The notes under the pieces are model-generated. The model saw only the letters and a program-made list of their open reading frames with translations. It did no database searches and had not been told where the DNA came from. This document shows, piece after piece, positions 23,989 through 37,800 of a stretch of 64,000 bases of DNA; position 1 is the first letter of the stretch, and the number at the start of each line of letters is the position of its first letter. Location: assembly GCF_006345805.1 (NCBI RefSeq), contig NC_043010.1, positions 50,592,001 to 50,656,000 of the forward strand, read 5' to 3'. The stretch comes from Octopus sinensis. Taxonomy: Eukaryota. The translations under genes were made by a program, and so were the position numbers.

Positions 23989-24726
23989 TACAATAATGTC
24001 TCGATATACAAGTTAATTTGTTCCCTGGGGACTGCTCATAAAGTGAAAACTCGCACTAGACTCACGCTCACCATCGCTTGTATATGCGATTGCCAATTCA
24101 CAAGCACTTGTAGATGGACTTGTAGATTTCTTTTTAAAAACAAGTCTAGAGTTTTCTTAGAAGAAGCTTCTTTTTTTTTTCCACTCTCTGTAAAATTCTC
24201 GGTAACATGCAGAAGCATTTGTCATAGTAGTACAAACTTTTGCACTTCATTCGAAATTTGGATCTTGTGCTTGAAAAAATAAAACTTGTAAACCCGGTGT
24301 CTTGTAAAGCGGGTTGTTGTAAAGTGAGATACTACTGTATGTTTATATCCTGTTTGTTTGAAAGATTTGCCCTAAATTACAGACAGTAAAAACAATTGGT
24401 GTTTTATTGATTGATTGTTGAGCTGGTCTGTCATCAGTCATTTCAGCTGTAACAATCTTTTGTATTTTTATGATGGCAGGCTGCAGTTTGAAGGAAATTG
24501 AGCTGCTGTTTCTAGTAGGTTGAGATATCATATATACACACACTAACTTGTAATCTATTAGGACTCGGTTTGTTGATCCTGTTGTGATAAGAGGATGTGA
24601 TATGAATACACCCATGTATAAGGATGTTAATTTTTCTTAAATGACACCATCAGAACATCTAGCACCGAATTTCTCAGCAGTCAAGTGCACACGAACAAGA
24701 ATAACACACACACACACACACACACT

Positions 24727-24758
<32 letters not shown>

Positions 24759-25847
24759 CCCTTTTTCTTTCTCTCTTTCTCATACAGAAGCGCACACACA
24801 CACACACACAAACATTTTAACCTTGGGTTTTTAAAAACAATTCCACGAAAATATACAATCACAACCAAACAAAAATCAAACTGTCTTCTGATACTTGTGA
24901 GAACAGACCTGGCTGCACTTAACATAATAGACATATAGACGTCTTTTCTTCAGAACTCAATCAACTTACGTCAACAACCTTAAATTGCATAAACCAACTA
25001 GGGAGCTTCTACATGGTTGCTCAGCATACTAGAAATAGCAACCAAATCACTCTCAAATTATACTGTACTGTCTTGAAATAGTCATATTGGATAATGTAGT
25101 CCAGGCTATGTATCACTTCAGAAAAGCAAAATAGTAATGGTTGAATTGCCCTTGATCGTAGGTTCTCTTAACCAGAGCTGACCAAAAGGAGCAGGAAGCT
25201 CTACAACAACCTTAACCTATTTGCTATAATAGTTCTCTTAAAATATCTTTTATTTTTTACTTGCTTCAGTCATTTGACTGTGGCCATGCTGGGGCACTGC
25301 CTTGAAGGGCTTTGGTCAAACAAATCAACCCCCAGGACTTATTTATTTTTTCAAGCCTGGTACTTATTCTATTGGTCTCTCTTGCCAAATTGCGAAGTTA
25401 TAGAGATGTAAACACACCAACACCAATTGTCAAGTGGTGATGGGGGACAAACACACACACACATGTATATATACATACATACATATACAGACAGACAGAC
25501 AAAATTAATATAAGCAGCAGTTTGCAATGTTTCACCAGAAAGGAGAATTATAATTGTCACTAGATGTGAGTAGGGTGTTAGAAACATCTACATTGCTAGA
25601 AATAAGAGCTAAAGTGCTCTAATACTGTTGTCAACACACATAAATGTAAGCATATACACTATCAGGGACCTTAATCAGCTGAAAAATGCCTTAATCAAGA
25701 AAAATGCCAATCAAGTGCCTCTTCATTTCTTGAGTAAGCTGAAGGTCTGCCATTATTATTTTCTGAAAGAAAGATTATACAAAGTTAGCAAAAAATGCAG
25801 CAATGACCCAAAAATGGTGTCCTCAAATACCTTACGTACTCTGTATA

Positions 25848-25889
<42 letters not shown>

Positions 25890-28800
25890 CATACATACAC
25901 ACATAATGGGTTTCTTTCAGTTTCCAACTACCAAATCAGTCACAAAGCTTTGGTTGGTCTGAGGCTATAGTAGAAAACACTTGCCCAAGGTACCACACAG
26001 TGGAACTGACCCCAGAACATATGTGGTTGGGAGACAAACTTACCACACATGTTGCTTTTCAATTAGTTTTGAAAATAATGAAAAGAAAATTAAAATAGCC
26101 ATGACATTTATTAAGCTGGTGTTTGGAACATAAATCAGTGTGAAGTTTTGATCGCAGGTTTAAATTTAGATTACCACAGAACTGGAAGTTTGTTATTTCT
26201 TTACTGCCCATAAGGGGCTACACACAGAGGGGACAAACAAGGACAGACAAACGGATGAAGTTGATTATATCGACCCCAGCGTGTAACTGGTACTTATTTA
26301 ATCGACCCTGAAAGGGTGAAAGGCAAAGTCGACCTCGGCGGAATTTGAACTCAGAACGTAACGGCAGGCGAAATACCTATTTCTTTACTACCCACAAGGG
26401 GCTAAACACAGAGAAGACAAACAAGGACAGACAAACGGATTAAGTCGATTATATTGACCCCAGTGCATAACTGGTACTTAATTTATCGACCCCGAAAGGA
26501 TGAAAGGCAAAGTTGACCTCGGCGGAATTTGAACTCAGAACGTAACGGCAGGCGAAATACCACTAAGCACTTCGCCTGGCGTGCCAGCTCACTGTTTGTA
26601 TCGGAGAACAGAAGATGGTCTTGGGTAGTTAGGTATCAAAAGGGTTAACCTACAAACGTTGGTCCACATTACTCCATAGGAAACATGGGGCCAGTTTCCT
26701 GGTTTCTCTGGCATGTATATTCCTCCCTGTATAGGACGCTGGTCCAGTGCAGGGATTACAGATTTCTACCAGCTGAGTGAACTGGAGCCAATGTGAAGTG
26801 AGGTGTTTTGTTCAACGCATTGAAACCACAGTCTTACAATCTTGAGTTCAACATCCTTACCACTAAGTCATGTGCCTCCACAGAAATCTTCCATTACTGT
26901 AGATTTATCTCAATAAACTGTCTTACAAAACGTGCTGTATCTATACGGCTTCTGATAGTTATGTTGATTGGATGTCAGACTGGCTTGTTCAGATTAAGGT
27001 CATGAACGTTTGTTGGTTCAATTCTAAGGAAAAGACGGTTTCCTCTCTATAACGTTAATTGCCTCTATATCTTTTCACATGAATAGCAGAAGACAGAGGA
27101 CAGATTTATATTTGTGAGTGATAATATAATGGGTGACATTTGGGATATGAACCAGTAACTAACAGGTCTCTGGTTGATATCTTATATCTTACCACCAACA
27201 CTGTGCAGGCTCTGCATTTTCTCATTTACTCTCTCATTAAATCTGTTCATATAAATGTAACTGTAAGCCTTTGTTTTTTTAACCCCATGTTAGTTCTGAT
27301 GAAGCAAATTTTTATCAAAGATATTCCTTGTCACGGGCATCCTGTCTTTTTGTTTGTGTAGGGTTACTTTGTCCAGTTATTCCTTCTATTTTTAGACTGT
27401 AGTATTTGATTTAAGAGAGATTTGAATGCTAATTGTAGTAGGTTGAATGATCATGTACAAGCTCCTGTGTAATAGATAAGTACTTAGCTTACAGTAAAGA
27501 TTCTGATTCTGATTTGGAGCTTCATGTGTTGGCCTATGTTGTACAACAAGTCTGCCTGTTAAACTTACAACATGTGAACAGCCGGTCACTAAGTGTGTTT
27601 CTTAATCAGCAGCTAATGACAACAATACCTTAGCCCTGTCCCCTTCGCTCACTTCTCTTTAGCATGAAACTGAGCAGATATCTCAGACACTCTTGTCATA
27701 GCCATCCTGTCTATTTGTAGGGTTACATTGTCTAATTTTTCTTTGTTTTTAAGACAGTAGGTTTTGATCTAAGAGAGATCTTGGTACTCACCAAACAAAC
27801 AAGAATCGATTCTTAAGAAATATCATCATCATCATCAACATCCCTTCTCCCTCTTCTACAACGACATGGGATGGACAGGGGCTTTTTGAAGTGGGTGTTT
27901 TCAGATGGACATCTTTCTGAATGCTGTCTCTTACAACATGCAGGAATACAGTGTACATATTCTAAAAACCAGAATACATGCAGTATCTGAATAACTGGGT
28001 CTATTAGTGTGTGTGTGTGTGTGGTGTGGTGGGGTGGGGGTATGTATGAAAGATAGAGAGATAGAGTGAAAGTATGGCTGACATTAAAGTGCTGAGCTAG
28101 ATGTATTATACAACCAAGGTCAGCATTTATTTGTTCTGTGTTTAAATATTGCTGGGGTTGACTTTATTTTTGATTTCTTTTTAAATCCTTGTTATATGTC
28201 TTAGTTTGCAAACCTTGAAATGTTTCTACATTTGTTTGTATTCCTTCTCTTTTTCATTTTTTTTTTTTTTTTTCTTTTTCAGTAATAAAATATTAACCTT
28301 CTTGTTCAAGCAACAGTTTGTTGTATCATTTAATGATGCAGTTTCTAAAGTTCTGTTTTCCTTTGCAGGATCACATGCAGCTGGTGTCGTTACCTCACGT
28401 CAACCCCCAGCACTCCAGTCACCGTCACGCTCTCTCTGAAATGCGTGATTATTGTAGTTATTCTGTTGGTTCTCTACACTATTGCTCTGATAATGTTTCT
28501 GGAGCTACGACATTCAAACATATATCACACTCCGTCAATACACAAACACCAGAAGCTGGATTCAATATACCCTTCGCTTGTGTCTGCAGCCTCTTCGTAT
28601 GGCAGCTTTCAACAGAACGCAGATGACCATGGCAGCTCCTCAACTCAGCGCTACCACTATGGTATTGTGATTGATTGTGGGAGCAGTGGCAGTCGTGTGT
28701 ATGTATATCAATGGCCAACACATTCCGGAAACCCTAATGAACTCCTGTACATTACTCAGCTTCGGGAAACATCTGGAGAGCCAGTAGTGAAGAAGATCAC

Positions 28801-31800
28801 ACCAGGTGAGGTTAATTTGGTACATTTTAATGCAAAGAAAAAGTTAATAATTATTGTTTGTCAAATATTTATTACACATAGAGGAAATTCAGTTTGGAAT
28901 AAAATTCATAACTCAGTTTTATATACTCTTTATTCTTTACTCTTTTACTTGTTTCAGTCATTTGACTGCGGCCATGCTGGAGCATCGCCTTTAATCGAGC
29001 AACTCGACCCGGGACTTATTCTTTGTAAGCCCAGTACTTATTCTATCAGTCTCTTTTGCTGAACCGCTAAGTGACAGGGACGTAAACACTCCAGCATCGG
29101 TTGTCAAGCAATGCTTGGGAGACAAACACAGACACACAAACATACATGCACACACACACATATATATATATACACATATATACGACAGGCTTCTTTCAGT
29201 TTCCGTCTACCAAATCCACTCACAAGGCTTTGGTTGACCCGAGGCTATAGTAGAAGACACTTGCCCAAGGTGCCACGCAGTAGGACTGAACCTGGAACCA
29301 TGTGGTTGGTAAACAAGCTACTTACCACACAGCCACTCCTGCGCCTATTTTATAATGCTTTTTATAATGTATAGAAAAAATAAGCAAGAGAGTAAAGTAT
29401 ATGGTAAGATGTGGAGTCCAAGAAACTTGTGATGTCCCTTTGTTTTTAATCTCTTCACTCTTTTGCTCTTTTCTCCTACCTCACTTACCTACTTCTTTGA
29501 TTATCCTTGCTCTACTTTTTCCTCTCCTATCATACATCAGCAAGATGTTCGAAACCATCCTTAAGAAAAGTATGATGCTCCACCTCCTAAACACAGCCTC
29601 TATCTCTGATTCCCAACACGACTTCGTGCCGAAGAGATCATGCTTGACCAACTTACTAGTAATAGAAGAATTGGTGACGCGCATCCTCGATGATAGTGAT
29701 GCTGTTGACATCGTTTTATTGGACTTTGCCAAAGCTTTTGACTCGGTAAACCACCGCCTATTACTTGTCAAGCTTCAAGCATATAGTTTCCATCCGGATA
29801 TTATACGATGGGTTGGTGCCTTCCTCTCAGATCGCTCCTTCCAAGTCCAAGTTAATGGTTCACGGTCCGACGTCTCCAGTGCGAGCAGTGGCGTGCCTCA
29901 AGGTTCAGTGCTTGGGCCCTTGTTGTTCTTAGTCTTCATAAATGACTTGCCCGACGACCTCACGCAACACACCCTTCTATTTGCCGACGATATCAAACTG
30001 GTCGCTCCTCACGGTAATATAGAGGATCTTCGTCGATGCCTCCACCAAATTTGGAAGTGGTCTAACGATTGGGACCTGTGTCTGAACGTGTCCAAAGTGC
30101 TGTCATCTGCCTGTCGGCTCTACTCCTGCAACTCAACTTGATTTCGAGCCGGGTCGTCTGCTGCTGGAGAGGACCGATCAGGTAAAGGACCTGGGTATCT
30201 TGGTGGATTCCTCCTTTTCGCCTTCGGCCCAGTGCGTCCATGCTGCCAACAAAGCACGCGGAATTCTGTTCTTGATTCGACGGTCATTCGGAATGCTCAC
30301 AGCAGCCATATTCCTACCACTCTATGTCACGCTGGTGAGACCCATATTGGAGTATGGGATTCAAGCCTCTTCTCCTTATCTCCTCAAAGACATACAGCAT
30401 CTCGAAAGAGTCCAGAAGCTGGCTACCCGCATGGTTCATGGTCTCAAAAATTTGTCCTACGAAGAAAGGCTGAGGACGCTCGACCTTTATTCTCTTGAAA
30501 AACGCCGCCGCCGTGGTGATCTCATTCTCGCCCACAACATCATAAGCAGAAAGTGTAACCTCTCGAAAGAGCTGTTCTTCACTCCTGCTCCAGAGCGTCG
30601 GCTGCGGGGTCATTCCGAAAAGCTCTACCTGCGACGATTTCATCTCAATCGAAGGAGAGGAGCTTTCTCCGTCCGGGTTGCGGATCCGTGGAACAAGCTG
30701 CCAGACGAGATGGTGAAGATGCCGACGACCGCTTTGTTCAAAGCCTCCCTGGACCTCAAGTGGCCTGAACTCTTTACATGAACACCACCCTGTACTTAAC
30801 TCCATGTCCCCCTACATGGCCTTGCTATTTGCTTTTGAGCCAAATTAACTAACTAACTAACTATTCCTACATCTAACTTTTCCTCCTCCCTTTCTTCAAA
30901 TCTATCTCCTGACAAAATTCCTCCATTTCCTTTTGTCATTCACTTATTTGCAACTTAGTGTTGAAAGCATTATTCCTTTCTCTCAAGAAGGACAAGTATC
31001 TGAAGCATTGTATACTCTCTCTTTACTCTTTTTACTTGTTTCGGTCATTTTGACTGCATCCATGCTGGAGCACCGCCTTTAATCAAGCAACTCGACCCCA
31101 GCACTTAAACACACCAGCATCGGTTGTCAAGCAATGCTAGGGTGACAAACACAGACACACAAACATACACGCACATACATATATACATATATACGACGGG
31201 CTTCTTTCAGTTCCTGTCTACCAAATCCACTCACAAGGCTTTGGTCGGCCCGAGGCTATAATAGAAGACCCTTGCCCAAGGTGCTACGCAGTGGGACTGA
31301 ACCCGGAACCATGTGGTTGGTACACTTTCATGACAAATTAACTCATTGTAATTTATTTTTATCTATAGCTTTTTATGGACATCAATAACTTATTTTACAA
31401 GGCCATTTGCAAAGCCTTAATCTTTGTTCTTGCAAATAGGTACCAGATTTTCAGTGAATGTTGCTGTCTGGTATTCAATACAGGATTAAATTTCTATTTC
31501 ATACTATTTACATCATACAACCAGAGTGAAGCATTAACTCTTATGAATCTTTAAAAATTTCTTGGAACTTTCACATTTAAAAATTACATCAACCCACCAT
31601 AGGCACAGGAGTGGTTGTGTGGTAAGTAGCTTGCTTACCAACCACATGGTTCCGAGTTCAGTCCCACTGCGTGGCACCTTGGGCAAGTGTCTTCTACTAT
31701 AGCCTCAGGCCGACCAAAGCCTTGTGAGTGGATTTGGTAGACAGAAACTGAAAGAAGCCCGTCGTATATATGTATATATATATGTGTGTTTGTGTGTCTG

Positions 31801-34796
31801 CTTTTTTCCCCCCAACATCGCTTGACAACTGATGCTAGTGTGTTTGCATCCCTGTAACTTAGCGGTTTGGCAAAAGAGACCGATAGAATAAGTACTAGGC
31901 TTACAAAGAATAAGTCCTGGGGTCGATTTGGTCGACTAAAGGCGGTGCTCCTGCATGGCCGCAGTCAAATGACTGAAACAAGTAAAAGAGTAAAGAGTAT
32001 AAGGCTTCTGAGAGGTATTAATTTCATTTTGTATCCCTTCAAGAGGATTTGGATACCTCAGCTTACAGCCTTATGCAATTATTATCCTCTGTGGGGCTCT
32101 TTTGATCATAAGAGAAATGCTTTACTTCTGTGCAAATTTCACCCCTTATTTAGTGTTAAGTCTTGGTACAGAATTTTTTCCTGTCATAGTTTTGTTTTTG
32201 CTCTGTTTGTAAGTTGCACCCTAGCTTTATTCAGTTAGAATCAAGTATAAAATATTGTGACGTATACTTGATTAAATGCTCTAATTCCTGATAATTAATG
32301 AATTTAATGCTGGTCATTCACTTCTCACAACCAAGTAATAACTATTGAAAACACAAAGGCTTGTTCTTCTTCATAGATGAATGCTCAAAAAAAATATAGA
32401 TGTAAATGTAGAAATGTAGAGGCACGTGGCTTAGTGGTTAGGGTGTTAGCATCATGATCGTAAGATTGTGGTTTCGATTCCTGGACCAGGCGACGCGTTG
32501 TGTTCTTGAGCAAAGCACTTCATTTCACATTGCTCCAGTCCACTCAGCTGGCAAAAATGAGTAACGCTGTGATGGACTGGTGTCCTGTCCAGCCGGGGAA
32601 CACATACGCCATTGAAACCAGGAAACCACGCCCGTGAGCCCGGCTAGGCTTTAAAAGGGCGCATTTATTATTTATTATATTAAATGTAGAAATATCCTGA
32701 TTGTAGTCATTGCTCTTATGTGTATCTTTATCGTTTTCATTTTTGGTTTTTCTGTTTCTTGTAGGTTTATCAACATTTGCTTCTAATCCATCCGCAGCAA
32801 GCAAATATCTACATCCATTGTTATCCTATGCTGCCAAAAATATACCAGAAGTGAAGCATTCTGAGACTCTGTTATATATTCTTGCCACTGCTGGCATGAG
32901 AGTTTTGCCTGCAAGGTAAGCAGTGACATGATTTTGAAGATATTTCAATGCTCTCTTTATTTTTTTTTACCTTTTTTTTTTTAAGATTTATGCTGCCTGA
33001 AGGTTCTTCACACAAAAATGCAAAGAACGGGTGAGAGAACAATATGGAATTGAGTTTAAGTTTTAAAATAAATCTAAAATTCGAAATCAAACCAAATTCG
33101 TCGACTGGCACCCTCCCTTCACTGGACACTAAACTCTGCTTGCGAAGACCTGTTGGGGCAAGTGAAATCGAAATTGAACCAAATTCAATGACTGGTACCC
33201 ATGCTAGTGGAGCGCTAACAGCTCCATCCAAGTGGGATCACTGCCAGAGCAGCTGTCTGGCACGTAAAGAGCATCATTTGAGCATGATCATTGTCAGCGT
33301 TGCCTCACTGACACGTGAACAAAACATTTGAGCGAGGTCATTGCCAGTGCTGCTGGACTGACTCCTGTGCAGGTGGCACATAAAAAACACCTTTTTGAGC
33401 GTGGCCATTGCCAGTACCGCCAGACTGGCCCTCTTGCCAATGGCACTTTAAAAGCACCCACTACACTCTCGGAGTGATTGGCGTTAGGAAGGGCATCAAG
33501 CTGTAGAAACTCTGCCAGATCAGATTGGAGCCTGGTGCAGCCATCTGGTTCACCAGTCCTCAGTCGAATCGTCCAACCTATGCTAGCATGGAAAGCGGAC
33601 ATTAAACGATGATGATGTGTAAAATTCAGCAGTAAATATTGCTACTGCCATATATGGTTTCATAAAAGATCTTCCCATTCTTGTTATCTAGAATGTGACT
33701 GGTGGAAGGGTGCATTGAAAAATGCAAATGGAGTAGACAATATAAGTAATTCTTATCAGAGGTCACTATTGAAAAATTTATAGAGCTTGTAATCTTGCAA
33801 GCTGCATTCTAACCTCTCTAGTGCTGGAGTCATGAAAAAGCACCCAGGATACATTATAGAGTGGTTGGTGTTAGGAAGGGCATTCAGTTGTAGAAACCAT
33901 GCCAAAGTAGACATTGGAGTATGATGCAATTCTTAGACCTATCCAACCCAGACAAGCAGTGCATATTCAGGAAATGTAAAAACGATTTTTAGTACTTTAA
34001 TGTATATAATATAGGCCCAACACCAAATATGGGACCCAGGGTGACATTTTAAGATTTAAAAAAAAAAAAGGAAATCTTATATACCATCAGATATGGTAAC
34101 TCAAAGATCATGATTTTATTCTGTTGCAATTTTCTAAAGAATACTGCAATTAGTCTGCTTTCCTCTACGTAGAAAGATTTGTTCTCAGTTCACTTAGTGC
34201 TGTGGAAACTGGAATTATGCTCTTTCTCTGCCCTAAGAATTCATTTATTCTTTTTCCCTCCTCTCTTCTTGCTAGTGCCCAAGCCAGTATTTTGGAAGAA
34301 CTGCAAACATCCATACCAAAGTATTTCAAATTTGTTGTGGCTAAGAATAATTTTGAAGTTATCACTGGCAAACAAGAAGGTGTCTATGGTTGGATTGCTG
34401 TCAACTATATCTTAAACAAGTTTGCTCATGGCATTGAAGGTAAGTGCCTTTATTATCATTGTTGTTATTATTACTATTATCATTATTATTATTATTATTA
34501 TCATCAAGGTGGTAAGCTGGCGGAATTGTTAGCATGTTGGGCAAAATGCTTAGCAGCATTTTGTCTATCTTTACAGTCTGAGTTCAAATTCTGCTATGGT
34601 TGAATTTGTCTTTCATCCTTTCGGGGGTTGATAAAATAAGTACCAGTTGAGCACTGGGGTCGTGTACTCAACTAACCCACTTCCCCAAACTTGCTGGCCT
34701 TGTGTCAAATCAATAAAATAACAGTCAAGCACTGGGGTCAATGTAATCAATTTACCCCTTCCCCAAACTTGCTGGCCTCGTGCCAAAGTTTGAAAC

Positions 34797-34832
<36 letters not shown>

Positions 34833-37800
34833 TTTTGAGGTGGCAAGCTGACAGAATTGTTAGTACACTGAATGAAATGCTTAATGGTATTTTGCCCATT
34901 GCTACGTTCTGAGTTCAAATTCCGCCGAGGTCAACTTTGCCTTTCATCCTTTCAGGGTCTATAAATTAAGTACCAGCTGAGTACTAGGGTCGATGTAATC
35001 GACTACCCCATCCCCCAAATTTCAGGCCTTGTGCCTATAATAGAAAGGATTATTATTATTATTATATTATTATTATTAAGGTGGTGAGCTGGCAGAATTG
35101 TTAGCATGCTGGACGAAATGCTTAACGGTATTTTGCCTGTGGCTACGTTCTGAGTTCAAATTCTGCCGAGGTCAACTTTGCCTTTCATCCTTTCGGGGTT
35201 CATAAAATAAGTACCAGTTGAACACTGGGGTCGATGTAATCATCTCATCCCCTCCCCCAAAATTGCTGCCCTTGTGGCAAAATTTGAAACCATTATTATT
35301 ATTATTGTTGTTGTTGTTAAGGTAGTGAGCTGGCAAAATCATTAACACATCAAATAATATACTGAGTAGCATTTTTTCCAGCTCTTTTTCTTCTCTGTTT
35401 AAAATCACCGAGATAACTTTTGCCTTTTCATCTTTTTGGAGTTGATAAAATAAAGTACCAGTCAAGTACTGGGGTTGATGTAATCAACTTACTCCCTCCC
35501 TTAAAATTGTTGGCTTTGTGCCAAAAATCTAAAACCATTATTATTATTATTGGTATTAAAAGATGGTTAATTAGTAAAGTGACAGATAAAACACCATGCT
35601 GCAATTTGGTTACCATGACTAGACTTGGGAGGAATTTAGTTGTTGCCTTCAAGTTCTGAGTCCAAATAAAAACACAGCCAACTTCATATTTCATTCTTTT
35701 GGGGGCATATTAACCCTTTAGCATTTCCTGTTGCCTTCTCCAGCTGGGTAGGATTTGAACTCAGATTGTAGAGAGCCTGAAGATACACCTTAAAGCATTT
35801 CTGCCAACTCCAACAATTCTTCCACTCTCCCATCCACAGAGCAATGTGAAATGAAGTGTTTTGCTCAAGAACACAATGTGCCGCCCAGTCCAGGGATCGA
35901 ACCCATAAACTAGCAATTATGAGTGCAGCACCCTAACCACTGGACCACATGATTCAAGTAACCATTTATAAGCCTTTTTATTGGCCTAAAGATTCTCTCA
36001 TTGGTTCCTTCAGCGGTTTAAATGAGTCAGTAGAAGGTTTCTCATTAATTTCAGACTGGTGTATTCCTGATGTTTAGTTGTGTTTTTTAGGCCCTATGCT
36101 AATCTGGATTGCATAATTAACTGTAGTTCTGAGTTCAAATCATGCCACAATCATCTTTTAGATATTAGCAAACTGAAATCTTGCTGAGAACTGATTCAAG
36201 ATTACTTGAAGAAAATCTTGCTGGAAGAATGGTCAAAGTGCCAGAACATTTCTTTTGCATGACAGTCAAAGACTAGTCTCATACAACTATTTCAGTCGTG
36301 ATTTTATGGAGACAAAAATTAAGAAAATCAGTAAATATAACTGCAAAGAATTAAATTGATGTGAGATGCACACATATACTCACAAACTTTTCAACATTGA
36401 AATGATATATTGAGGTTGTGAGTTAGTGCTTAAGCAGGTATGACTGTCTGTGTACTAAAGTAAATTCACTTCACAACCACATGGTCCTTACTCTTTACTC
36501 TTTTACTTGTTTCAGTCATTTGACTGTGGCCATGCTGGAGCACCGCCTTTAATCGAGCAACTAGACCCCGGGACTTATTCTTTGTAAGCCCAGTACTTAT
36601 TCTATCGGTCTCTTTTTCCGAACCGCTAAGTGACGGGGACATAAACACCCCAGCATCGGTTGTCAAGCAATGCTAGGGGGACAAACACAAACATACACGC
36701 ATGCACTCATACACATATATATACATATATACGGCGGGATTCTTTCAGTTTCCGTCAACCAAATCCACTCACAAGGCTTTGGTCGGCCCGAGGCTATAGT
36801 AGAAGACACTTGCCCAAGGTGCCACGCAGTGGAGCTGAACCCGGAACCATGTGGCTGGTAAACAAGCTACTTACCACACAGCCACTCCTGCGCCTTGTTC
36901 AATTCCACTGCATTCCCACAACACTTTGGGCAAATATCTTATAACCATAGCCTCACGGTTGACCCATGAATAAATAACTGGCACTCCATTGGTTATGACG
37001 ACAAGGGTTCCAGTTGACCTGATCCGGGAAACAGCTTGCTTGTGAAATTAATGCGCACATTATTGAGTACTCCACAGACGTGTACCCTTTAACGTAATTC
37101 TCAGGGAGATTCAGCATGACACAGAATGTGACAAGACTGGCCGTTTGAATTACAAATACTAATCATTTTTGCCAGCTGAGCAGACTGGAGCAATGTGACA
37201 GAAAGTATCTTGCTCAAGGACAAATTGCACTGCCAGGTATTGATCTCACAACCTTACGATCATGGGCCGAATACTCCTAACCACTGAGCCACGTGATGAA
37301 ACTTTATAGAGAGAGACTGTGTAGAAACCTTGTTACATGTGTGTATGTATGTATGTATGTTTCTTTCTTTCTTCCTTTTTTCCTTTCTTTCTTTCTTTCT
37401 TTTTTTCTTTCTTAGGCATATATTAGCTAATGATTTAAATATCAGTAGGAAAGCTGAAAAAAAACTGGTACTTTTCTATCAAATTTCCTTGAGATATTTG
37501 TTCTGCCTCAGTTTAGATACTCCCTTGTCACTCTCATTGTCAGACATGGTTACTGATTTCCATTGATTAGAAATCGGTAACCAACAATGCTATTGTTCTC
37601 AAAGTGTGAAATAAAATAAAATAAAATTTTTTATTTGTTTTTCTAGTTTTATAACAGTGCTGCAGCAGAAGGTACTTGGTCTTCTCAATTGCAATTAACA
37701 TAATTAATGTTTTTTTTTATGTCATCTGTTTCTATTTCTCTGTTATACTCTACTGTCAAACGGAATTGTTGATACCATGTAGTTAGCACACAGAATTACT

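Noticed and set aside
27297-27330. Other CTGANGA hits (27297, 41210, 42124, 49744, 62363)
   Set aside because: No stem II, GAAA or NUH geometry downstream; 49744 is simply the YADD codons of the RTE fragment
28375-28626. Out-of-frame 83-aa ATG ORF overlapping ENTPD exon 2
   Set aside because: Alternative frame of a real exon with no independent evidence; the upstream ATG at 23791 explains the gene
31601-31680. tRNA-like A/B-box sequences here and in many other places
   Set aside because: They are SINE heads attached to SINE bodies; no complete cloverleaf with a terminator, so no tRNA gene is called
33044-33602. Numerous 60-150-aa ORFs overlapping SINEs (LQLDALPNANHS, RGYSRRHLPKVP peptides)
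   Set aside because: The same peptides recur wherever the SINEs occur; they are repeat read-throughs
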